DNA of 44,534 bases from a virus (taxonomy: Duplodnaviria > Heunggongvirae > Uroviricota > Caudoviricetes): IMG/VR virus record IMGVR_UViG_2734482570_000015; one strand, 5' to 3'. A program made the translations under genes and the position numbers. A model generated the notes under the pieces. That model saw only the letters and a program-made list of their open reading frames with translations, was not told the origin of the DNA and did no database searches. This document shows positions 32,777-42,982 of this stretch, piece after piece; position 1 is the first letter of the stretch, and each line of letters begins with the position of its first letter.

Positions 32777-33193
32777 CTATAAATACCGAAGATTTCCTTG
32801 ATAAAATGCCAGTACACGTTTCATAACTTCACTCTTCCGGCACTCGCGACAGATTATGTTCTGACGCCTGTCATAGCGGCGTATTTCTCCGTCTGGTAAT
32901 GACCAGATAAGGTCAGGATCAACCACAACCGTTTTTTTCACCTTTGCCCTGGATAGTTTTTTGCGGGCGTTTTTCCAATCCTTACGAGCCTGTTCAGACG
33001 GGAATAACCCATAGCCAGAGTTGTATACATCGCCACTGGCAACCAACTCTCTGGCAAGAATGCTCATCAGATATCTTGTCGCACCTGTCTTGGCCTCCAG
33101 TTGCCTTAACGTCTCGCGCCCACTCTGGCGTACCAACTCAACAACCTGCTCCTTAATTTTTTCACGCTCTTCCTGTGTAAAAACTTTTGCCAT
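32777..33193 (-). CDS. Hypothetical protein (138 aa) with C-terminal CxxC
   Basis: ATG at 33193 is preceded by GGAGG; tightly packed after the ydaW-like gene. Confidence 0.5.
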   Translation of the reverse strand: MAKVFTQEEREKIKEQVVELVRQSGRETLRQLEAKTGATRYLMSILARELVASGDVYNSGYGLFPSEQARKDWKNARKKLSRAKVKKTVVVDPDLIWSLPDGEIRRYDRRQNIICRECRKSEVMKRVLAFYQGNLRYL

Positions 33194-33208
33194 AAGCGCC
33201 TCCGGCAA

Positions 33209-33970
33209 TCACTTTTCCGACACAATACGACTGGAGGAATCGACAATCTGTCGGACAATATCCCGGTGCTTGTTCAGCTCCCGCAGCGCGGCGCAGACTC
33301 GCTCCCACTTCTGGACATGATTTTTCGCCCGACGCAGTTCGCGGTTTGCCATATGCAGCGATGGTAAAACTAGGTCATCCGCTTGCGTTTCAGTAAACGA
33401 TGGCAGCGACTGCACAATGTCCGCCACAGTTTCTGTTTTAATATCTTCCTGTGTTGCCGCTTCCTGTACTGGTAACGCAACACCGGCTGGCTGAGGAAAG
33501 GCTTTACCATCAGTTTCCGCTACCGATGCAGCTTTCGGCTCTGCTGGTAAATTATCGCCCGGCATGCAGTAACGAAATTTACTGTTCTGGTTTACGCGAA
33601 TCAGGCGTCCTTTGCTGATTGCCATTGCCAGCGTTGAAGCAACTTTGCGGGATGTTGTACCGAACAGCGTAGCCAGTTCATCCGCCGTTTGTGGTCCGCG
33701 TTGTTCAATCGTCGCGGTTAAATCGCACTCTGAGATTTTCACTACAGTTGCCGTGGTGGTTTCTTCCGGCAGTTCTGCCTGCATTGGCTGTTCCTGCTGA
33801 ACGTTGTTATCAGCCACACGCCAGGTGTACGCGCTTTTATCAACGAAACCAGCTTTTTTCAGTTCCCATAGTTCGTTCAGCACTTCTTCACGACTGATAT
33901 CAAGTCGCGCAGCAAGTTCTATGGATGTGGCTTTTCCCATTGCTTTCAGTGCGTCAAAAACAGTCTCCAT
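33209..33970 (-). CDS. Replication-region protein with N-terminal winged-helix-like domain; possibly the intact form of the K-12 ydaW pseudogene
   Basis: 253 aa from the ATG with a GGGAGGAAA Shine-Dalgarno sequence ([43 protein letters not shown]); immediately downstream of ydaV. Confidence 0.55.
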   Translation of the reverse strand: METVFDALKAMGKATSIELAARLDISREEVLNELWELKKAGFVDKSAYTWRVADNNVQQEQPMQAELPEETTTATVVKISECDLTATIEQRGPQTADELATLFGTTSRKVASTLAMAISKGRLIRVNQNSKFRYCMPGDNLPAEPKAASVAETDGKAFPQPAGVALPVQEAATQEDIKTETVADIVQSLPSFTETQADDLVLPSLHMANRELRRAKNHVQKWERVCAALRELNKHRDIVRQIVDSSSRIVSEK

Positions 33971-33992
33971 AAAAATTTCCTCCCGGTAAAAA

Positions 33993-34739
33993 TTACTTCT
34001 CAATTCCTGGCTGGACGACATTCGGACGCCAGCTCTCCCAGTTAAAATTCACCCATCGCCCGCCGTTCATGGTCATGCGATCCATAATCCGCTCGCCGAG
34101 CAATGTTTTCATGGCCTCATAGTTCAGGTTTGTCAGCATCCCCACGCTGCGCATCGACGCTGTCCGGCGATCAACAATCTGGTGCAGCACCACCTGCTCG
34201 TTTTTCGTCTCGCGCTGAATGCCAATTTCATCAAGAACCAGCAGATCCACTTCGCATAGTTCCCGCAAAAATTTTTCGCCTGACTGCCCATCGTCATAGC
34301 TGGCGTGCAGGGCACTCATAACATCAGCCACGGTAACCACAATCACTGTCTGACCGTCTTTCAGCAGGCGATTCCCGATAGCTGCCGCTAAGTGGTTCTT
34401 CCCGGTACCAGGTTTTCCGCTGAACGCAAAATTTGTACACCCGGTCATCAGTTCATCAGCGATGGATTTCGCCTGACTCAACGCGTATCGCTGCGCTTCG
34501 TTCTGCACCTGGTAATTCGAAAACGAGCATTTGCGGTGCAATGGCTGGATGCCAGAGCGATTCAGAATTTTTTCCACCCGCAACTGACGATTCTGACGGT
34601 TGATCTCCTCACAACGTTTCTGGCCTTCGGAAAGTTGCCACTCGCGCCACTCCGCTACCGTCTTGAATGGCGCGGTTACATGTGACGGGGCCAGTCTGCG
34701 GATACGTTCAAGAACGTCGCCTGTCGCAATATTTTTCAT
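33993..34739 (-). CDS. ydaV: DnaC-like replication protein / helicase loader (AAA+)
   Basis: 248 aa with Walker A ([15 protein letters not shown]) and Walker B (LLVLDEIG) motifs; matches Rac YdaV in size. Confidence 0.8.
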   Translation of the reverse strand: MKNIATGDVLERIRRLAPSHVTAPFKTVAEWREWQLSEGQKRCEEINRQNRQLRVEKILNRSGIQPLHRKCSFSNYQVQNEAQRYALSQAKSIADELMTGCTNFAFSGKPGTGKNHLAAAIGNRLLKDGQTVIVVTVADVMSALHASYDDGQSGEKFLRELCEVDLLVLDEIGIQRETKNEQVVLHQIVDRRTASMRSVGMLTNLNYEAMKTLLGERIMDRMTMNGGRWVNFNWESWRPNVVQPGIEK

Positions 34740-34745
34740 GGTCAG

Positions 34746-35603
34746 TTACCCCCTGAAGCCTGGCGGGATCGCACTATCCGGTAACGAGACGGTGTTAACC
34801 TGTCGGAGTAACGTCTCAGGTCGAACACCTTTCGGCGCGAACAAGCCCTGGTATTCATTGGCGATGCTGTGTCGAATCACCTGCTCAGGTGAAAAACCCT
34901 GCTGGCGGAATTTTTCCAGCTCCCGTATCGCCCCGTTAGCGCCCTGCTCCGTTCGAATCGGTTTTCGCAATGCCTGGCGAAATTCAACCCACTCACGCCA
35001 AAGCGAGACAGAAATCCAGTTCGGCAAAGCAATATCCAGAGGGTCAAACTTTTTGACACCTCGATTCCCCCGGGGGGGATTTAGGGGGGGATCTGTTTTT
35101 AGATCTTTATCTGTATCTTTATTAGTTGCCTTTGTGTTGACATCATGTTCAAACACCACTTCAACATCTGTTTGAACACCTGTTAAATTTCTCTCTTGTT
35201 TTGTTTGAACATCTGCTTCCTTTCTGCTTCTTCTGGCCTGAACAGATGCTTTTCCTGCGGCTGATTTTTTGGTTAATTTTTCCCTGACTGATGCCAGATC
35301 TTCCTCAATCCGAAGATGCACCCATTCCTCGCCGTTATCGCAAAAAAACTCCTGCAAGGATGGTTCAACATCAGCCCATCGCTCGTTAGTCAGACGGGCA
35401 ATTTTTGCCAGCCTGTTTTTAGGTATTGGCTTTCCTGTTTGCCAGTAATTGAACATCAGCAACAAATACGCACCATGCTCCTCTGCTGACAAATGCATGG
35501 TGTCAGCCAGGTAATCAGCTATGTACAGTTGCATGTATGGTAATGCGGCCATAATTGCCCCGTATGATGCTGCCCGGTGGCTTAGAATAAGCACAAACAG
35601 CAT
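34746..35603 (-). CDS. ydaU: Replication initiator-like protein (YdaU, DUF1376)
   Basis: 285 aa, the K-12 YdaU length; upstream of the DnaC-like gene; contains an internal iteron-like repeat cluster. Confidence 0.75.
   Translation of the reverse strand: MLFVLILSHRAASYGAIMAALPYMQLYIADYLADTMHLSAEEHGAYLLLMFNYWQTGKPIPKNRLAKIARLTNERWADVEPSLQEFFCDNGEEWVHLRIEEDLASVREKLTKKSAAGKASVQARRSRKEADVQTKQERNLTGVQTDVEVVFEHDVNTKATNKDTDKDLKTDPPLNPPRGNRGVKKFDPLDIALPNWISVSLWREWVEFRQALRKPIRTEQGANGAIRELEKFRQQGFSPEQVIRHSIANEYQGLFAPKGVRPETLLRQVNTVSLPDSAIPPGFRG
35060..35215. repeat. Candidate replication origin inside ydaU: G/C homopolymer palindrome, AT-rich stretch, and three copies of TGTTYRAACA
   Basis: cccccgggggggatttaggggggg at 35067-35090; AT-rich ttttagatctttatctgtatctttattag; TGTTCAAACA at 35146 and TGTTTGAACA at 35169 and 35202. 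Confidence 0.45.
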
Positions 35604-35615
35604 GGAAACTTTTGC

Positions 35616-36038
35616 TTAATGAACAATGACAGAATCGTCGGAAGACCCGCCGCCGCTGAAATGCGCTTTCCGGTAAACGGCTTGGACTGCATCATCATGC
35701 GCATCAATTGCCGTACTTAACGCTTCCTGCGCCGCCAGTAATGCACGGCGTTCCAGGGTATCGAAGATGCAGAGTCGGTGACGCAGCTCGCGCGGAAGGA
35801 TTGCCAGAATTGCTGGGATCAGCTTCTGAATTTTTTCTCTTTGCGTTTTCGTTTCACCTTTCAACCAACGGTGATAGATATTCTGCTGATTATTCCAGTC
35901 CTTGCCTGGTACCAGGGGCAATTCGCCGCCCCCCTGGCGCAGATATTCTTCAGTAATGGCATTGGCTACCCATGCCTGCCCTTTTTCGGCTGCCAGGGCT
36001 AACAACACTGACTCGATGTGCTCATGCTTGATTTTCAT
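35616..36038 (-). CDS. ydaT: YdaT (Rac toxic protein co-transcribed with YdaS)
   Basis: 140 aa beginning MKIKHEHIESVLLALAAEKGQAWV; K-12 YdaT is 140 aa; overlaps the ydaS stop. Confidence 0.8.
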   Translation of the reverse strand: MKIKHEHIESVLLALAAEKGQAWVANAITEEYLRQGGGELPLVPGKDWNNQQNIYHRWLKGETKTQREKIQKLIPAILAILPRELRHRLCIFDTLERRALLAAQEALSTAIDAHDDAVQAVYRKAHFSGGGSSDDSVIVH

Positions 36039-36289
36039 GAATCAACTCCCATCAGCTTTTTCGTAGTAGTTTTATTTCTGCCAATAGTTAAAATTACATC
36101 AGCAGAAAATAATCCGTTTGATGCATGAGCGATTTTTTCAGCGTAATTTGTTTCGCCGGTATATTCTGTGCGAGGCAATTTTCCGTTATCCATCCATTTG
36201 TAGATTGCTCTTTGGCTGACACCACAAACGTCGGCCACAACAGAAACGCGAACAGTTTTGATTACATCTTCAAGTGTTTTCTGGTTCAT
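36035..36289 (-). CDS. ydaS: YdaS (Cro/cII-like HTH regulator)
   Basis: Start taken at the ATG with a GAGGGTG Shine-Dalgarno sequence (MNQKTLEDVIKTVRVSVVADVCGVSQRAIYKWMDNGKLP); divergent from racR; exact start uncertain. Confidence 0.7.
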   Translation of the reverse strand: MNQKTLEDVIKTVRVSVVADVCGVSQRAIYKWMDNGKLPRTEYTGETNYAEKIAHASNGLFSADVILTIGRNKTTTKKLMGVDS

Positions 36290-36350
36290 ATCACCCTCAC
36301 AATGTGAACTTTGAGTACATGCTATAACAGAACTGACAGTACATTCAAGA
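36290..36350. promoter_or_regulatory. Divergent racR / ydaS promoter-operator region with repeated AGTACAT motifs
   Basis: 61-bp intergenic between divergent repressor and Cro-like genes; AGTACAT at 36314 and 36338. The same motif recurs downstream of racR at 36866-36910, including the palindrome GTACTTATAGTAC. Confidence 0.45.
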
Positions 36351-36788
36351 GTGAATATCATTGAACTTATGGTTCATGAAGATAAAGCGCGTAAAGAGTT
36401 CGCCAGTAGGCTTGCGCTAGCCTGTGAAAACGCTGGTTATGAACAACATGGAAGGCAGGCAGAAATTGCCCGTCGAATGAAATTAACACCAAAAGCGGTT
36501 AGCAAATGGTTTAATGGCGAAACAATTCCTCGCCGAGAGAAATTAAGGGAATTAGCAACACTCATTGGAACAACACCAACCTATCTTTTGGGAGAGGATA
36601 CAGAAGAAAGTGGACAGGTACGTTTCTATCAGGAGTTAAATCCAAGACAAAAAATCATCATTGACCTTCTGGACGAGCTCCCTGACAGTGAGACAGATGA
36701 ACTTTTAAAAACTCTTGAGGAGAAAAAACAGAAGTACAATGCAATTTACGAAGAGCTAGCACGAAAGAAAAAACAAAAAGCCTCTTAA
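36351..36788 (+). CDS. racR: Prophage repressor RacR (XRE-family HTH)
   Basis: HTH segment GRQAEIARRMKLTPKAVSKWFNGETIP; divergent from ydaS; start codon uncertain. Confidence 0.8.
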   Translation: MNIIELMVHEDKARKEFASRLALACENAGYEQHGRQAEIARRMKLTPKAVSKWFNGETIPRREKLRELATLIGTTPTYLLGEDTEESGQVRFYQELNPRQKIIIDLLDELPDSETDELLKTLEEKKQKYNAIYEELARKKKQKAS

Positions 36789-37078
36789 ACCAGCATAAAT
36801 CCGGTAGCGTCCCCCTCCGGGTTTGTGCTTCACTTTATCCCATCTCATTTTTTTACACACAAAATGTACTTATAGTACTTTACATCAATGAACACAAAGT
36901 ACATTATATACCTACCAACCCACCCCGCCCCACAGAACGCAGGGCAATACTTCGAGTTACCAGGCAGTGGTCAGGGGTTAAGTAGCCAGCCCGAGGCGTA
37001 TGAACATGACGGCAGGGTTCAGATTTTGCAGTGCAGCAGGTTTCAGTTCCGCCACCCGGCGTTAAGGGGAGAGATAAG

Positions 37079-37213
37079 ATGGTGCATTACGAAGTAGTTC
37101 AGTATTTGATGGATTGTTGCGGTATCACTTACAACCAGGCTGTGCAGGCTTTACGCAGCAACGACTGGGATCTCTGGCAGGCAGAAGTCGCTATACACAG
37201 CAACAAGATGTGA
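37079..37213 (+). CDS. ydaG: Small Rac protein YdaG (44 aa)
   Basis: MVHYEVVQYLMDCCGITYNQAVQALRSNDWDLWQAEVAIHSNKM with an AAGGGGAGAG Shine-Dalgarno sequence; name assigned by K-12 gene order (racR-ydaG-ydaF-sieB) and length. Confidence 0.55.
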   Translation: MVHYEVVQYLMDCCGITYNQAVQALRSNDWDLWQAEVAIHSNKM

Positions 37214-37369
37214 GATTCGCAAAATGCAAAAAATCGACCTCGGCAACAACGAATCCCTGGTGTGCGGCGTGTTCCCCAACCAGGATGGAACGTTCACTGC
37301 CATGACGTATACCAAAAGCAAAACATTTAAAACCGAAACTGGTGCGCGCCGATGGTTGGAGAAGCACAC
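37214..37369 (+). CDS. ydaF: Small Rac protein YdaF (51 aa)
   Basis: Hand translation MQKIDLGNNESLVCGVFPNQDGTFTAMTYTKSKTFKTETGARRWLEKHTVS; start abuts the ydaG stop. Confidence 0.55.
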
Positions 37370-37375
37370 AGTAAG

Positions 37376-37864
37376 CTAACGATTAAAACGTCTACTCCTG
37401 CTGTTCCAGAATAACTTCATAAAATGGGAGTATTTTTCGGTGACGAGATAATAAGAACAGTTTGCGCTATCACTCTGATGTTGAATGATGCCCTTCCGTT
37501 CTAATTTTTTCATAACCGGGTTACGGCAAGGAGAAGTGATAATAAGATTTCCTGTTTTAAGGAAATCTTTAAATACAGCGATTTCTTTCTCAGATAAACG
37601 AAGCAATACTCGTTGCTCTGGTAGTAATGAATAATGCTTTTGAATATGTGCTCGCAATCTTGAGAAGGAAATGGCGACCACGAAAGAAAAGGCAAAAACG
37701 ATAATCTGAAAGAGCCAAGGTATTTCAGTATAAGCATTGAATGCGACAGTAAACTCTTTCGGTATCAGCCAGAGAGTGAGACCAAAAATGATAATCGTAT
37801 ACATAAGTATTTCGAGTGGCTCGTTAGCAAAAAGTTTCAACAATGGAGTAAATACATCCAACAT
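37376..37864 (-). CDS. sieB: Superinfection exclusion protein SieB
   Basis: 162 aa from MLDVFTPLLKLFANEPLE; membrane protein; K-12 SieB is 162 aa. Confidence 0.8.
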   Translation of the reverse strand: MLDVFTPLLKLFANEPLEILMYTIIIFGLTLWLIPKEFTVAFNAYTEIPWLFQIIVFAFSFVVAISFSRLRAHIQKHYSLLPEQRVLLRLSEKEIAVFKDFLKTGNLIITSPCRNPVMKKLERKGIIQHQSDSANCSYYLVTEKYSHFMKLFWNSRSRRFNR

Positions 37865-38305
37865 ATCAATAACTCTCAACTGTAAGGGTATTGAAATGTT
37901 AACACAAGCTCTCGCTGTAGGGGTATAGCCGAGACCACCGAAGCCCGGAGGTGGTGAAATAAAACCGGGCACAACACGAAGGCGCATTTCCGATATCCAT
38001 AAAGAGTCGGTCTTGTCTGTTAAATTTAAATGGTGGGAGTGCGCCTCCGGTTGTAAATAACGACATTGCTGTGTGTAGTCCTGGCGGCATCAGTTTTTTT
38101 CTTGAAGTTCGGCTGATGTCCGCCCTTTTTAAAGTGAATTTTGTGATGCGGTGAATGCGGCTAAGCGCACGTGGCACAGTTAAAAGTCATGTTAGTCCTT
38201 ATTGGTTTGGGTGGGAAAGCCGACTGTAATTGTTAACTGGTTGCAGTCACCTGGAGGCACCAGGCACCGCATCAACAAAGTTCATTTGTAAAAATGGAGA
38301 TAATT

Positions 38306-38527
38306 ATGATTGCACATCACTTCGGAACTGATGAAATACCACGTCAGTGTGTGACTCCTGGCGATTATGTTCTTCATGAAGGCCGGACATATATTGCCTC
38401 GGCAAACAATATTAAAAAGCGAAAACTATATATTCGTAACCTGACCACAAAAACATGCATTACTGACCGCATGATTAAAGTCTTCCTCGGTCGTGATGGT
38501 TTACCTGTAAAGGCGGAGTCATGGTGA
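38306..38527 (+). CDS. kilR: KilR, FtsZ-targeting cell-division inhibitor
   Basis: 73 aa beginning [32 protein letters not shown], matching K-12 KilR as recalled. Confidence 0.8.
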   Translation: MIAHHFGTDEIPRQCVTPGDYVLHEGRTYIASANNIKKRKLYIRNLTTKTCITDRMIKVFLGRDGLPVKAESW

Positions 38528-38697
38528 TGACTAAGAAAATAAAATGTGCTTACCACCTTTGCAAAAAAGACGTTGAAGAAAGCAAAGCTATTGAAAGAAT
38601 GCTTCACTTCATGCACGGGATTTTATCAAAAGACGAACCGAGAAAATATTGCAGTGAAGCTTGTGCCGAAAAAGACCAGATGGCACATGAACTTTAA
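38527..38697 (+). CDS. ydaE: YdaE zinc-ribbon protein (56 aa)
   Basis: Hand translation [55 protein letters not shown]; start overlaps the kilR stop (ATGGTGATGA). Confidence 0.65.
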   Translation: MTKKIKCAYHLCKKDVEESKAIERMLHFMHGILSKDEPRKYCSEACAEKDQMAHEL

Positions 38698-38771
38698 TTA
38701 ATTGACTATTCGAAACTGAATTTATGCCAGAAATGGCAGGTATTCGCTCAACCTTAATTAAGGAGAAAAAC

Positions 38772-39047
38772 ATGATTACCAATTATGAAGCCACTGTTGT
38801 AACTACCGATGACATTGTTCACGAGGTGAATCTGGAAGGAAAGCGCATTGGCTACGTAATTAAAACAGAAAATAAAGAAACCCCATTCACTGTGGTTGAT
38901 ATCGATGGTCCATCAGGCAACGTAAAAACACTTGATGAAGGTGTCAAAAAAATGTGCCTGGTGCATATCGGAAAGAATCTGCCCGCAGAAAAAAAAGCCG
39001 AATTTCTGGCAACTCTAATTGCAATGAAATTAAAAGGTGAAATCTGA
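38772..39047 (+). CDS. racC: RacC
   Basis: 91 aa beginning MITNYEATVVTTDDIVHEVNLEGKRIGYVIK; immediately upstream of recE. Confidence 0.75.
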   Translation: MITNYEATVVTTDDIVHEVNLEGKRIGYVIKTENKETPFTVVDIDGPSGNVKTLDEGVKKMCLVHIGKNLPAEKKAEFLATLIAMKLKGEI

Positions 39048-39148
39048 AAGAAATAGCCTGCGTATGGCGCAGGCTATGAACAGTGTGTATCCGGCAAGAT
39101 CATTCACTGAACAAAACGAATTTTAATCTGAGTTGAGGTTAAAAAACA

Positions 39149-41749
39149 ATGAGCACAAAACCACTCTTCCTGTTACGGAAAGCGAAAAAATCATCCGGTG
39201 AACCTGACGTCGTCCTGTGGGCAAGCAACGATTTTGAATCGACCTGTGCCACTCTGGACTACCTGATCGTTAAGTCAGGTAAAAAACTGAGCAGCTATTT
39301 TAAAGCTGTTGCCACGAATTTTCCTGTCGTTAATGACCTGCCCGCTGAAGGTGAGATCGATTTTACCTGGAGTGAACGCTATCAACTCAGCAAAGACTCC
39401 ATGACATGGGAACTAAAACCGGGAGCAGCACCAGACAACGCTCACTATCAAGGCAATACCAACGTCAACGGCGAAGACATGACTGAGATTGAGGAGAATA
39501 TGCTACTCCCAATTTCTGGCCAGGAACTGCCCATTCGTTGGCTTGCTCAACACGGCAGCGAAAAACCGGTAACGCACGTTTCACGCGACGGACTCCAGGC
39601 ATTACACATTGCTCGGGCTGAAGAACTACCGGCTGTTACTGCCCTGGCTGTTTCCCACAAAACCAGCCTGCTCGACCCGCTGGAAATTCGCGAACTCAAC
39701 AAACTGGTTCGTGACACTGACAAAGTTTTCCCTAATCCTGGTAATTCAAACCTGGGACTGATAACTGCTTTTTTCGAAGCATACCTGAACGCTGACTACA
39801 CCGATCGAGGACTGCTGACAAAAGAGTGGATGAAGGGTAATCGTGTTTCACACATCACTCGCACGGCTTCCGGTGCTAATGCTGGCGGCGGAAACCTCAC
39901 CGATCGCGGCGAAGGTTTCGTACACGATCTGACGTCACTGGCGCGGGACGTAGCCACTGGCGTACTGGCCCGTTCAATGGATCTGGACATCTATAACCTT
40001 CATCCGGCACACGCTAAACGCATTGAGGAAATTATCGCTGAAAATAAACCGCCCTTTTCTGTTTTCCGCGACAAATTCATCACCATGCCTGGCGGGCTGG
40101 ATTATTCCCGCGCCATCGTGGTTGCGTCCGTAAAAGAAGCACCAATTGGGATCGAGGTCATCCCCGCGCACGTCACTGAATATCTGAACAAAGTACTGAC
40201 TGAAACCGATCATGCCAACCCTGATCCGGAAATCGTGGATATTGCCTGCGGTCGCTCCTCTGCCCCGATGCCGCAGCGAGTAACAGAAGAAGGAAAACAG
40301 GATGATGAAGAAAAACCGCAACCATCTGGAACAACGGCAGTTGAACAGGGAGAGGCTGAAACAATGGAACCGGACGCAACTGAACATCATCAGGACACGC
40401 AGCCGCTGGATGCTCAGTCACAGGTAAATTCTGTTGATGCGAAATATCAGGAACTGCGGGCAGAACTCCATGAAGCCCGGAAAAACATTCCATCAAAAAA
40501 TCCTGTCGATGCCGATAAATTGCTTGCTGCATCACGTGGTGAATTTGTTGACGGAATTAGCGACCCGAACGATCCGAAATGGGTAAAGGGGATCCAGACT
40601 CGCGATTGTGTGTACCAGAACCAGCCAGAAACGGAAAAAACCAGCCCGGATATGAATCAACCTGAGCCAGTAGTGCAACAGGAACCGGAAATAGCCTGCA
40701 ATGCCTGCGGCCAGACTGGCGGGGATAACTGCCCTGACTGTGGTGCGGTGATGGGCGACGCAACATACCAGGAAACATTCGATGAAGAGAGTCAGGTTGA
40801 AGCTAAGGAAAATGATCCGGAGGAAATGGAAGGCGCTGAACATCCGCACAATGAGAATGCTGGCAGCGATCCGCATCGCGATTGCAGTGATGAAACTGGC
40901 GAAGTCGCAGATCCCGTAATCGTAGAAGACATAGAGCCAGGTATTTATTACGGAATTTCGAATGAGAATTACCACGCGGGTCCCGGTGTCAGTAAGTCTC
41001 AGCTCGATGACATTGCTGATACTCCGGCACTGTATTTGTGGCGTAAAAATGCCCCCGTGGACACCACAAAGACAAAAACGCTCGATTTAGGAACCGCTTT
41101 CCACTGCCGGGTACTTGAGCCGGAAGAATTCAGTAACCGCTTTATCGTAGCACCTGAATTTAACCGCCGGACAAACTCCGGAAAAGAAGAAGAGAAAGCG
41201 TTTCTGAGGGAATGCGCAAGCACAGGAAAAACGGTTATCACTGCCGAAGAAGGCCGGAAAATTGAACTCATGTATCAGAGCGTTATGGCTTTGCCGCTGG
41301 GGCAATGGCTTGTTGAAAGCGCCGGACACGCTGAATCATCAATTTACTGGGAAGATCCTGAAACAGCAATTTTGTGTCGGTGCCGTCCGGACAAAATTAT
41401 CCCTGAATTTCACTGGATCATGGACGTGAAAACTACGGCGGATATTCAACGATTCAAAACCGCTTATTACGACTACCGCTATCACGTTCAGGATGCATTC
41501 TACAGTGACGGTTATGAAGCACAGTTTGGAGTGCAGCCAACTTTCGTTTTTCTGGTTGCCAGCACAACTATTGAATGCGGACGTTATCCGGTTGAAATTT
41601 TCATGATGGGCGAAGAAGCAAAACTGGCAGGTCAGCTGGAATATCACCGCAATCTGCGAACCCTGGCTGACTGCCTCAATACCGATGAATGGCCAGCTAT
41701 TAAGACGTTATCACTGCCCCGCTGGGCTAAGGAATATGCAAATGACTAA
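39149..41749 (+). CDS. recE: RecE (exonuclease VIII), full length
   Basis: 866 aa, the K-12 RecE length; begins [30 protein letters not shown]; 8-nt overlap with recT. Confidence 0.9.
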   Translation: MSTKPLFLLRKAKKSSGEPDVVLWASNDFESTCATLDYLIVKSGKKLSSYFKAVATNFPVVNDLPAEGEIDFTWSERYQLSKDSMTWELKPGAAPDNAHYQGNTNVNGEDMTEIEENMLLPISGQELPIRWLAQHGSEKPVTHVSRDGLQALHIARAEELPAVTALAVSHKTSLLDPLEIRELNKLVRDTDKVFPNPGNSNLGLITAFFEAYLNADYTDRGLLTKEWMKGNRVSHITRTASGANAGGGNLTDRGEGFVHDLTSLARDVATGVLARSMDLDIYNLHPAHAKRIEEIIAENKPPFSVFRDKFITMPGGLDYSRAIVVASVKEAPIGIEVIPAHVTEYLNKVLTETDHANPDPEIVDIACGRSSAPMPQRVTEEGKQDDEEKPQPSGTTAVEQGEAETMEPDATEHHQDTQPLDAQSQVNSVDAKYQELRAELHEARKNIPSKNPVDADKLLAASRGEFVDGISDPNDPKWVKGIQTRDCVYQNQPETEKTSPDMNQPEPVVQQEPEIACNACGQTGGDNCPDCGAVMGDATYQETFDEESQVEAKENDPEEMEGAEHPHNENAGSDPHRDCSDETGEVADPVIVEDIEPGIYYGISNENYHAGPGVSKSQLDDIADTPALYLWRKNAPVDTTKTKTLDLGTAFHCRVLEPEEFSNRFIVAPEFNRRTNSGKEEEKAFLRECASTGKTVITAEEGRKIELMYQSVMALPLGQWLVESAGHAESSIYWEDPETAILCRCRPDKIIPEFHWIMDVKTTADIQRFKTAYYDYRYHVQDAFYSDGYEAQFGVQPTFVFLVASTTIECGRYPVEIFMMGEEAKLAGQLEYHRNLRTLADCLNTDEWPAIKTLSLPRWAKEYAND

Positions 41750-42551
41750 GCAACCACCAATCGCAAAAGCCGATCTGCAAAAAACTCAGGGAAACCGTGC
41801 ACCAGCAGCAATTAAAAATAACGACGTGATTAGTTTTATTAACCAGCCATCAATGAAAGAGCAACTGGCAGCAGCTCTTCCACGCCATATGACGGCTGAA
41901 CGTATGATCCGTATCGCCACCACAGAAATTCGTAAAGTTCCGGCGTTAGGAAACTGTGACACTATGAGTTTTGTCAGTGCAATCGTACAGTGTTCACAGC
42001 TCGGACTTGAGCCCGGTAGCGCCCTCGGTCATGCATATTTACTGCCTTTTGGTAATAAAAACGAAAAGAGCGGTAAAAAAAACGTTCAGCTAATCATTGG
42101 CTATCGCGGCATGATTGATCTGGCTCGCCGTTCAGGTCAAATCGCCAGCCTGTCAGCCCGTGTTGTCCGTGAAGGTGACGAGTTTAATTTCGAATTTGGC
42201 CTTGATGAAAAGTTAATACACCGCCCAGGAGAAAACGAAGATGCCCCTGTTACCCACGTCTATGCTGTCGCAAGACTGAAAGACGGAGGTACTCAGTTTG
42301 AAGTTATGACGCGCAAACAGATTGAGCTGGTGCGCAGCCAGAGTAAAGCTGGTAATAACGGGCCGTGGGTAACTCACTGGGAAGAAATGGCAAAGAAAAC
42401 GGCTATTCGTCGCCTGTTCAAATATCTGCCCGTATCAATTGAGATCCAGCGTGCAGTATCAATGGATGAAAAGGAACCACTGACAATCGATCCTGCAGAT
42501 TCCTCTGTATTAACCGGGGAATACAGTGTAATCGATAATTCAGAGGAATAA
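41742..42551 (+). CDS. recT: RecT single-strand annealing protein
   Basis: 269 aa from [32 protein letters not shown]; start overlaps the recE stop. Confidence 0.9.
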   Translation: MTKQPPIAKADLQKTQGNRAPAAIKNNDVISFINQPSMKEQLAAALPRHMTAERMIRIATTEIRKVPALGNCDTMSFVSAIVQCSQLGLEPGSALGHAYLLPFGNKNEKSGKKNVQLIIGYRGMIDLARRSGQIASLSARVVREGDEFNFEFGLDEKLIHRPGENEDAPVTHVYAVARLKDGGTQFEVMTRKQIELVRSQSKAGNNGPWVTHWEEMAKKTAIRRLFKYLPVSIEIQRAVSMDEKEPLTIDPADSSVLTGEYSVIDNSEE

Positions 42552-42606
42552 TTCAGCCTGGCGGTGTAATGCACCGCCAACTTGAAATATTTTTATGAGA
42601 AAAATT

Positions 42607-42756
42607 ATGAGATATGACAATGTTAAACCATGTCCATTTTGTGGTTGTCCATCAGTAACGGTGAAAGCCATTTCAGGATATTACCGAGCGAAGTGTAACG
42701 GATGCGAATCCCGAACCGGTTATGGTGGAAGTGAAAAAGAAGCACTCGAACGATGA
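42607..42756 (+). CDS. ralR: RalR / Lar-family protein, truncated at codon 50 by an in-frame TGA; the frame stays open for 14 more codons to 42801
   Basis: MRYDNVKPCPFCGCPSVTVKAISGYYRAKCNGCESRTGYGGSEKEALER, then TGA, then NKRTTGNNNGGVHV and TAA, which overlaps the ydaC start as ATGTATAA. Read-through length would be 64 aa, the K-12 RalR length as recalled. Confidence 0.6.
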   Translation: MRYDNVKPCPFCGCPSVTVKAISGYYRAKCNGCESRTGYGGSEKEALER

Positions 42757-42793
42757 AATAAACGAACCACTGGAAATAATAATGGAGGTGTTC

Positions 42794-42982
42794 ATGTATA
42801 AAATTACCGCCACTATTGAAAAGGAAGGTGGCACTCCTACTAACTGGACAAGATATTCAAAATCTAAACTAACGAAATCAGAATGCGAAAAAATGCTCTC
42901 AGGTAAAAAAGAAGCAGGCGTTTCCAGAGAGCAGAAAGTAAAACTGATAAATTTTAATTGCGAGAAACTTCAGTCCTCGTGA
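42794..42982 (+). CDS. ydaC: YdaC (small Rac protein)
   Basis: 62 aa beginning MYKITATIEKEGGTPTNWTRYSKSKL; lies between ralR and xis as in K-12 Rac. Confidence 0.6.
   Translation: MYKITATIEKEGGTPTNWTRYSKSKLTKSECEKMLSGKKEAGVSREQKVKLINFNCEKLQSS

Noticed and set aside
36888-37097. 69-aa plus-strand ORF downstream of racR
   Set aside because: Overlaps the operator-like motif cluster and the ydaG start region; Pro/Gln-rich low-complexity translation.
37899-38177. 92-aa minus-strand ORF in the sieB-kilR intergenic region
   Set aside because: No ribosome-binding site; overlaps hairpin-rich regulatory DNA.
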